Assembly: GCF_001644705.1 (NCBI RefSeq)
Contig: NZ_CP015137.1
Coordinates: forward strand, 1,800,001 to 1,832,000
From: Dickeya solani IPO 2222
GTDB lineage: Bacteria; Pseudomonadota; Gammaproteobacteria; Enterobacterales; Enterobacteriaceae
Length of the DNA stretch: 32,000 nucleotides
Reading direction: 5' to 3'
Part shown: positions 28,122 to 32,000 of the stretch, piece by piece
How the letters are laid out: each line of letters opens with the position of its first letter
Position numbering within the stretch: position 1 is the stretch's first letter
The notes under the pieces: model-generated
The model's input: the letters and a program-made list of their open reading frames with translations, nothing else
Database searches by the model: none
Told to the model about the DNA's origin: nothing
Translations under genes and position numbers: made by a program

Positions 28122-28128
28122 GTTGCTG

Positions 28129-29625
28129 ATGCCGAGCTCTTCTTCTCTTTATGCGGCGATCGATTTAGGGTCTAACAGCTTTCACATGCTGGTCGTGCGT
28201 GAAGTAGCCGGCAGCGTACAGACACTGGCACGCATCAAGCGCAAAGTCCGGCTGGCGGCCGGGCTGGATGCCAGCAACCGCCTTTCGCCGGAAGCGATGC
28301 AACGCGGCTGGCAATGTCTGGCGTTGTTTTCCGAACGGTTGCAGGATATCCCGCCCCAGCAGGTACGCGTCGTCGCGACGGCCACGCTAAGGCTGGCGAC
28401 CAACGCGGATGAGTTCCTTGAACGAGCCCGGCACATTCTGGGCCTGCCGATTCAGGTCATCAGCGGCGAAGAAGAAGCACGGCTTATCTATCAGGGCGTC
28501 GCCCATACCACTGGCGGGCCGGAACAACGGCTGGTGGTGGATATAGGCGGCGGCAGCACCGAGCTGGCGACCGGCACCGGCGCCCACCACACCCAATTGT
28601 TCAGCCTGCCAATGGGCTGCGTCACTTGGCTGGAACGTTATTTTACCGACCGCGATCTGACTCAGGCGCATTTTGATCGGGCCGAACAGGCCGCCCGCGA
28701 GATGCTGCGCCCGGTGAAAGATATCCTGCGCCAGCAAGGCTGGCAGGTTTGCGTCGGCGCATCCGGCACGGTGCAGGCGCTGCAGGAGATCATGGTGGCG
28801 CAGGGGATGGATGAATACATCACCCTCGGTAAGCTGCGCCAGTTGCAACAGCGCGCGATTCAGTGCAGCAAGCTGGAAGAGCTGGAAATCGAAGGGCTGA
28901 CGCTGGAGCGGGCGCTGGTGTTTCCCAGCGGCTTATCAATCCTGCTGGCTGTCTTTCAGGAACTGGAAATCGACTCCATGACGCTGGCGGGCGGCGCGCT
29001 GCGGGAAGGACTGGTCTACGGCATGCTGCATCTGCCGATTGAACAGGACATTCGCTACCGCACGCTGCAAAACCTGCAACGCCGCTATCTGATGGATAGC
29101 GAACAGGCCCAGCGGGTCAGGCTGCTGGCAGACAACTTTTTGCAGCAGGTGGCGCGCGACTGGCAGTTGGATGGTCGATGTCGGGAGTTATTGGGCAGCG
29201 CCTGCCTCATTCATGAAATCGGCCTGAGCGTCGATTTTCGTCAGGCGCCGTTGCATGCGGCCTATCTGGTCCGCAACAGCGACCTGCCCGGTTTCACGCC
29301 CGCCCAGAAAAAATTGCTGGCGACACTCCTGCAAAACCAGAGCAACACCATCGACCCCGTCCCGCTGACCCAACAAAACGCCCTGCCGGCCAATCTGGCG
29401 CAACGGCTTTGCCGCCTGCTACGTCTGGCGATCATCTTTGCCAGCCGCCGCCGCGACGACACGCTGCCGGCAGTCAGGCTACGGGTGGAAGGGGAAAGCC
29501 TGCGCGTTATTCTGCCCGCCGGCTGGCTCAACCAACACCCACTAAGAACCGAAACCCTGTCGCAGGAGAGCCTGTGGCAGAGTTATGTTCACTGGCCGCT
29601 CATCATCGAAGAACACACAGCCTGA
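28129..29625 (+). CDS. gppA: Guanosine-5'-triphosphate,3'-diphosphate pyrophosphatase (pppGpp to ppGpp) / exopolyphosphatase family
   Basis: [41 protein letters not shown] matches the remembered N-terminus of E. coli GppA. I took the ATG at 28129; the ORF-track start at 28123 is a TTG two codons upstream. Confidence 0.93.
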   Translation: MPSSSSLYAAIDLGSNSFHMLVVREVAGSVQTLARIKRKVRLAAGLDASNRLSPEAMQRGWQCLALFSERLQDIPPQQVRVVATATLRLATNADEFLERARHILGLPIQVISGEEEARLIYQGVAHTTGGPEQRLVVDIGGGSTELATGTGAHHTQLFSLPMGCVTWLERYFTDRDLTQAHFDRAEQAAREMLRPVKDILRQQGWQVCVGASGTVQALQEIMVAQGMDEYITLGKLRQLQQRAIQCSKLEELEIEGLTLERALVFPSGLSILLAVFQELEIDSMTLAGGALREGLVYGMLHLPIEQDIRYRTLQNLQRRYLMDSEQAQRVRLLADNFLQQVARDWQLDGRCRELLGSACLIHEIGLSVDFRQAPLHAAYLVRNSDLPGFTPAQKKLLATLLQNQSNTIDPVPLTQQNALPANLAQRLCRLLRLAIIFASRRRDDTLPAVRLRVEGESLRVILPAGWLNQHPLRTETLSQESLWQSYVHWPLIIEEHTA

Positions 29626-29668
29626 CGCCAAAGCCTGCCTGACACAAAAGACTACCCAGCGCAAAAGG

Positions 29669-29687
29669 GGGTAACAATTGGTTACCC
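29669..29687 (+). terminator. Hairpin downstream of gppA (probable terminator; weak U-tract)
   Basis: gggtaac-aattg-gttaccc is preceded by an A-run and followed by ttcgctctc, 44 nt after the gppA stop. Confidence 0.45.
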
Positions 29688-29754
29688 TTCGCTCTCATCC
29701 TATTGCTTACTCTTTGAGCGGCTCCAGAAATAAAGAAATCTCATACTCATTTTT

Positions 29755-29773
29755 ATAAAACGCGATTTCTTAA
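29755..29773 (+). promoter_or_regulatory. KdgR-box-like operator upstream of the peh gene
   Basis: ATAAAACgcgATTTCTTAA resembles the KdgR consensus as I recall it (AATRAAAYRNYRTTTYATT). It lies 69-87 nt upstream of the ATG and is embedded in the block conserved between the two peh upstream regions. Confidence 0.5.
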
Positions 29774-29841
29774 AAATTTGCACGCCATCCCGGATGGAGT
29801 GCTCATCAACCGCTTGATGTCGAAAAAATTAAGGAAAACAG

Positions 29842-31662
29842 ATGAAAGCCATTAGATTTCCTCGGTGCCATGCCCTGGCGCTGACCGCTGCTGTATGCTT
29901 TTTCACCAGCCAGGCGCTGGCGATGCCAACAGACGAGCAAGCCCCGCCAGCCTTACAGGCGCTTACCCCCTCCCTCGATAACCACAGCGTGGTGTTGGTT
30001 TGGAAGGCGCCAGAAGACACATCCAATATCACCGATTATAAAATTTACCAAGATAATCAGTTTGTTGGACTCGCCAGTCAGAATAGCAATCTGTACTCGC
30101 CAGCCCAACCCTACATCAACATGTTTTATAAAAACGACACCGGTAACTTCCAACACCGAATCGTGATACAAAGCGCGAAGATCGACGGTCTGCAACCCAG
30201 CACCGGTTACCACTTCACCGTGCAGGCAGTGCATACCGACGGCAGCGTTACCGCTGATAGCAACGCGGTGGACGTCACCACCACCGCGGTTCCCCAAACC
30301 ATCGACATTACCCAGTACGGCGCTAAAGGCGACGGTACCACGCTCAATACCAGCGCGATCCAGAAAGCCATTGATGCCTGTCCTTCCGGCTGCCTGGTCA
30401 ATGTTCCAGCAGGGGTATTCAAAACCGGTGCGTTGTGGCTGAAAAGCGACATGACACTGAATTTGTCACCGGGTGCAACCTTGCTTGGTTCGGAAAATGC
30501 CGCAGATTATCCAGGGGGTTACACCATTGGCAAAAGCTCAACAGAGATGCGCCCAGCCTCGCTGCTGAACGTCACCGATAAAACCAGCTCTAAAGGCGGG
30601 GTCTTCAAGAATATCCGCATTACCGGCAAAGGGACTATCGACGGCAGCGGCTGGAAACGCAGCGCCGATGGCCAGGATGAGCTGGGCAACAGCCTGCCGC
30701 AGTACGTAAAGAGTAACAACGCCAATGTCAATAATGACGGCATTCTGGCGAAAAATCAGGTAGCGGCGGCGCTGGCGAAAGGCATTGACCTCAAAACCGC
30801 TTACAGCCAGTATCGTTCCAGCCTGATCACCCTGCGCGGTGCCAACAGCGTTTACATCGCCGATATCACTATCCGTAATCCGGCCGATCACGGCATCGTG
30901 TTCATGAAAAGCCAGAACGTGATCGAGAACGGTGTCATTCACCAGACCTTTGATGCCAACAATGGTGATGGCGTAGAGTTCAGCAACAGTCAAGATATCA
31001 CGGTATTGAATAGCGTGTTCGATACCGGGGATGACTGCATCAATTTCGCAGCGGGCTTGGGGCAGGAGGCCCAGAAACAAAGCCCGACCCAGAACGCCTC
31101 GCTGTTCAATAACTACTTCCACCGCGGTCACGGCGCAATTGTTATGGGTAGCCATACCGCTGCCACTATCGCCAATGTATTGGCGGAAAACAACGTGATG
31201 AATAAAACTGATATCGGCTTGCGTGCCAAGAGTTCACCAGATATCGGTGGCGGTGCACACCACGTGGTATTCCGCAACAATGCGATGGCAAATCTGGCGA
31301 TGCAGGCGATTTTCGTCACGTTGAATTATGTGGACGTCAATGGCAGCAGTGTATATACCCCGGCCGACGTACCTGCCCGTTTTTACGACTTTACCGTCAA
31401 AAATATCACAGTGCTGAATAGCGTCGGCACAAATCCGTCGATTCAGATAGAGGGCAATAGCAACAAACAGGTCTGGAACAGCAATTTTAATTTCTGCGAT
31501 ATGAAGCTCAGCGGCGTCATGCCGGCATCCATCAGCAATCTGGAGGATAGCGCGTTCAATAATATCGCTTTCAGTGACTTGCGCAGCGGTACCTCCCCCT
31601 GGATATTCGGCGCAGTTAAAAACGTCACGGTGGATGGGCAAGTCGTTACCCCAACCCCTTGA
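29842..31662 (+). CDS. Exo-poly-alpha-D-galacturonosidase, GH28 with N-terminal FN3-like domain (PehV/PehW/PehX family of Dickeya)
   Basis: 606 aa with a signal peptide ending QALA/MP and an FN3-like segment (VVLVWKAPEDTSNITDYKIYQDNQ...STGYHFTVQAV). The pectate-lyase-fold start is ITQYGAKGDGTTLNTSAIQKAID. GH28 catalytic motifs are present (NGDG, GDDCINF, HRGHGA). AAGGA lies 6 nt upstream of the ATG. I cannot tell which paralog it is (V, W or X). Confidence 0.9.
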   Translation: MKAIRFPRCHALALTAAVCFFTSQALAMPTDEQAPPALQALTPSLDNHSVVLVWKAPEDTSNITDYKIYQDNQFVGLASQNSNLYSPAQPYINMFYKNDTGNFQHRIVIQSAKIDGLQPSTGYHFTVQAVHTDGSVTADSNAVDVTTTAVPQTIDITQYGAKGDGTTLNTSAIQKAIDACPSGCLVNVPAGVFKTGALWLKSDMTLNLSPGATLLGSENAADYPGGYTIGKSSTEMRPASLLNVTDKTSSKGGVFKNIRITGKGTIDGSGWKRSADGQDELGNSLPQYVKSNNANVNNDGILAKNQVAAALAKGIDLKTAYSQYRSSLITLRGANSVYIADITIRNPADHGIVFMKSQNVIENGVIHQTFDANNGDGVEFSNSQDITVLNSVFDTGDDCINFAAGLGQEAQKQSPTQNASLFNNYFHRGHGAIVMGSHTAATIANVLAENNVMNKTDIGLRAKSSPDIGGGAHHVVFRNNAMANLAMQAIFVTLNYVDVNGSSVYTPADVPARFYDFTVKNITVLNSVGTNPSIQIEGNSNKQVWNSNFNFCDMKLSGVMPASISNLEDSAFNNIAFSDLRSGTSPWIFGAVKNVTVDGQVVTPTP

Positions 31663-31706
31663 GTGTTAAGACGCATAACTTGATCGCTATTGACTTGATC
31701 AACGGT

Positions 31707-31731
31707 GCCGGGCAGGCAAGCCCGGCGCTTT
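31707..31731 (+). terminator. Probable terminator of the peh gene
   Basis: gccgggc-aggcaa-gcccggc is a 7-bp GC stem followed by gctttcc, 45 nt after the stop. The U-tract is short. Confidence 0.5.
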
Positions 31732-31793
31732 CCCGCCGCTATCCGGACCCGGCTTCCGTTAGCTGCGATGACAAGAAAAACACGGTTGTACCC

Positions 31794-31843
31794 GTGCCTG
31801 TGGTTAAGCTATGCCTGCTGGAGCCTATCATCGAAGAACACGC
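31794..31843 (+). pseudogene. Relic of the gppA 3' terminus (about 50 bp) carried within the duplicated peh unit
   Basis: gtgcctgtggttaagctatgcctgctggagcctatcatcgaagaacacgcc aligns with gppA 29569-29618 (gagcctgtggcagagttatgttcactggccgctcatcatcgaagaacaca). Identity is about 70% with one indel and a 15-nt identical core. The translation EPIIEEH compares with the GppA C-terminal PLIIEEH. Confidence 0.6.
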
Positions 31844-31942
31844 CATCTGGCGGCAAAAAGGGGTAACAATTGCTTACCCCTTTCTTTATCTCTCTGTCTA
31901 TTATTTGCTCAATTCCTTAAATGGAATGCAATACGCATTTTT

Positions 31943-31961
31943 ATAAAACACGGTTTCTTAA
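31943..31961 (+). promoter_or_regulatory. Second KdgR-box-like operator (upstream region of the next, off-window gene)
   Basis: ATAAAACacgGTTTCTTAA fits the recalled KdgR consensus better than copy A because its right half-site is GTTTC. Its position within the duplicated block is the same. Confidence 0.5.
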
Positions 31962-32000
31962 AAATGCGTATCTCTCTGAATGAAACACTCATCAGCTACT

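Larger units (their letters stand above)
29569..29816 (+). repeat. Copy A of a duplicated segment: gppA 3' end, hairpin and peh regulatory region
   Basis: Blocks are shared in the same order with 31794-32000: gcctgtgg..tatg..ctgg..atcatcgaagaacac; aaaggggtaacaattgNttaccc; catttttataaaacNcgNtttcttaaaaat; ctcatca. Confidence 0.8.
31794..32000 (+). repeat. Copy B of the duplicated gppA-end/hairpin/peh-regulatory segment (runs off the window)
   Basis: See copy A. It contains the hairpin aggggtaa-caattgc-ttacccct followed by ttctttatc (31859-31890) and a second KdgR-like box. A further peh paralog presumably starts just beyond 32000. Confidence 0.75.

Noticed and set aside
31659-31946. A 95-aa ORF starting at the peh stop codon.
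   Set aside because: It reads through the peh terminator hairpin, the gppA 3' relic and the duplicated regulatory block. Its only protein-like similarity (EPIIEEH) comes from the gppA remnant.

Overview
This looks like a core-chromosome segment of a Dickeya-like soft-rot enterobacterium. That identification is an inference from E. coli-like synteny, a PehX-type pectinase gene and visibly high GC. I ran no database search; all homology statements rest on remembered E. coli or B. subtilis sequences.

Layout:
- hemX (5' truncated by the window edge) and hemY on the + strand.
- A convergent GlmZ sRNA gene (2225-2428, -), invisible to the ORF track. It carries a sigma54-type promoter and three TGTC-N10-GACA activator sites.
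- An accessory block at 2.7-11.1 kb that occupies the position of aslA/aslB in E. coli. It holds three parts:
  - a six-gene operon resembling the lyase variant of the S-(2-succino)cysteine salvage pathway (adenylosuccinate-lyase paralog, GNAT, ABC importer, M20 deacetylase);
  - a SnoaL-like gene and an Fe-ADH-like gene of unknown role;
  - a low-GC orphan paralog of the operon's binding protein.
- The argX-hisR-leuT-proM tRNA operon, then yifK.
- A 10-gene enterobacterial common antigen (wec) cluster that lacks rffG/rffH.
- rho, trxA, rhlB and gppA.
- A GH28 exo-polygalacturonosidase gene, followed by the start of a second, duplicated peh unit.

Most interesting non-ORF signals:
- Short tandem arrays (period 15-18 bp) seeded on the stop-codon regions of several genes (wecD, wecA, the SnoaL-like gene, and weakly gppA).
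- A relic of the gppA 3' end downstream of the peh gene. It shows that the peh paralogs arose by a segmental duplication that carried the regulatory region, including a KdgR-like operator.

I see no CRISPR array, no mobile-element genes and no convincing wholly novel multi-gene system. The long ORFs antisense to the core genes are high-GC shadow frames.
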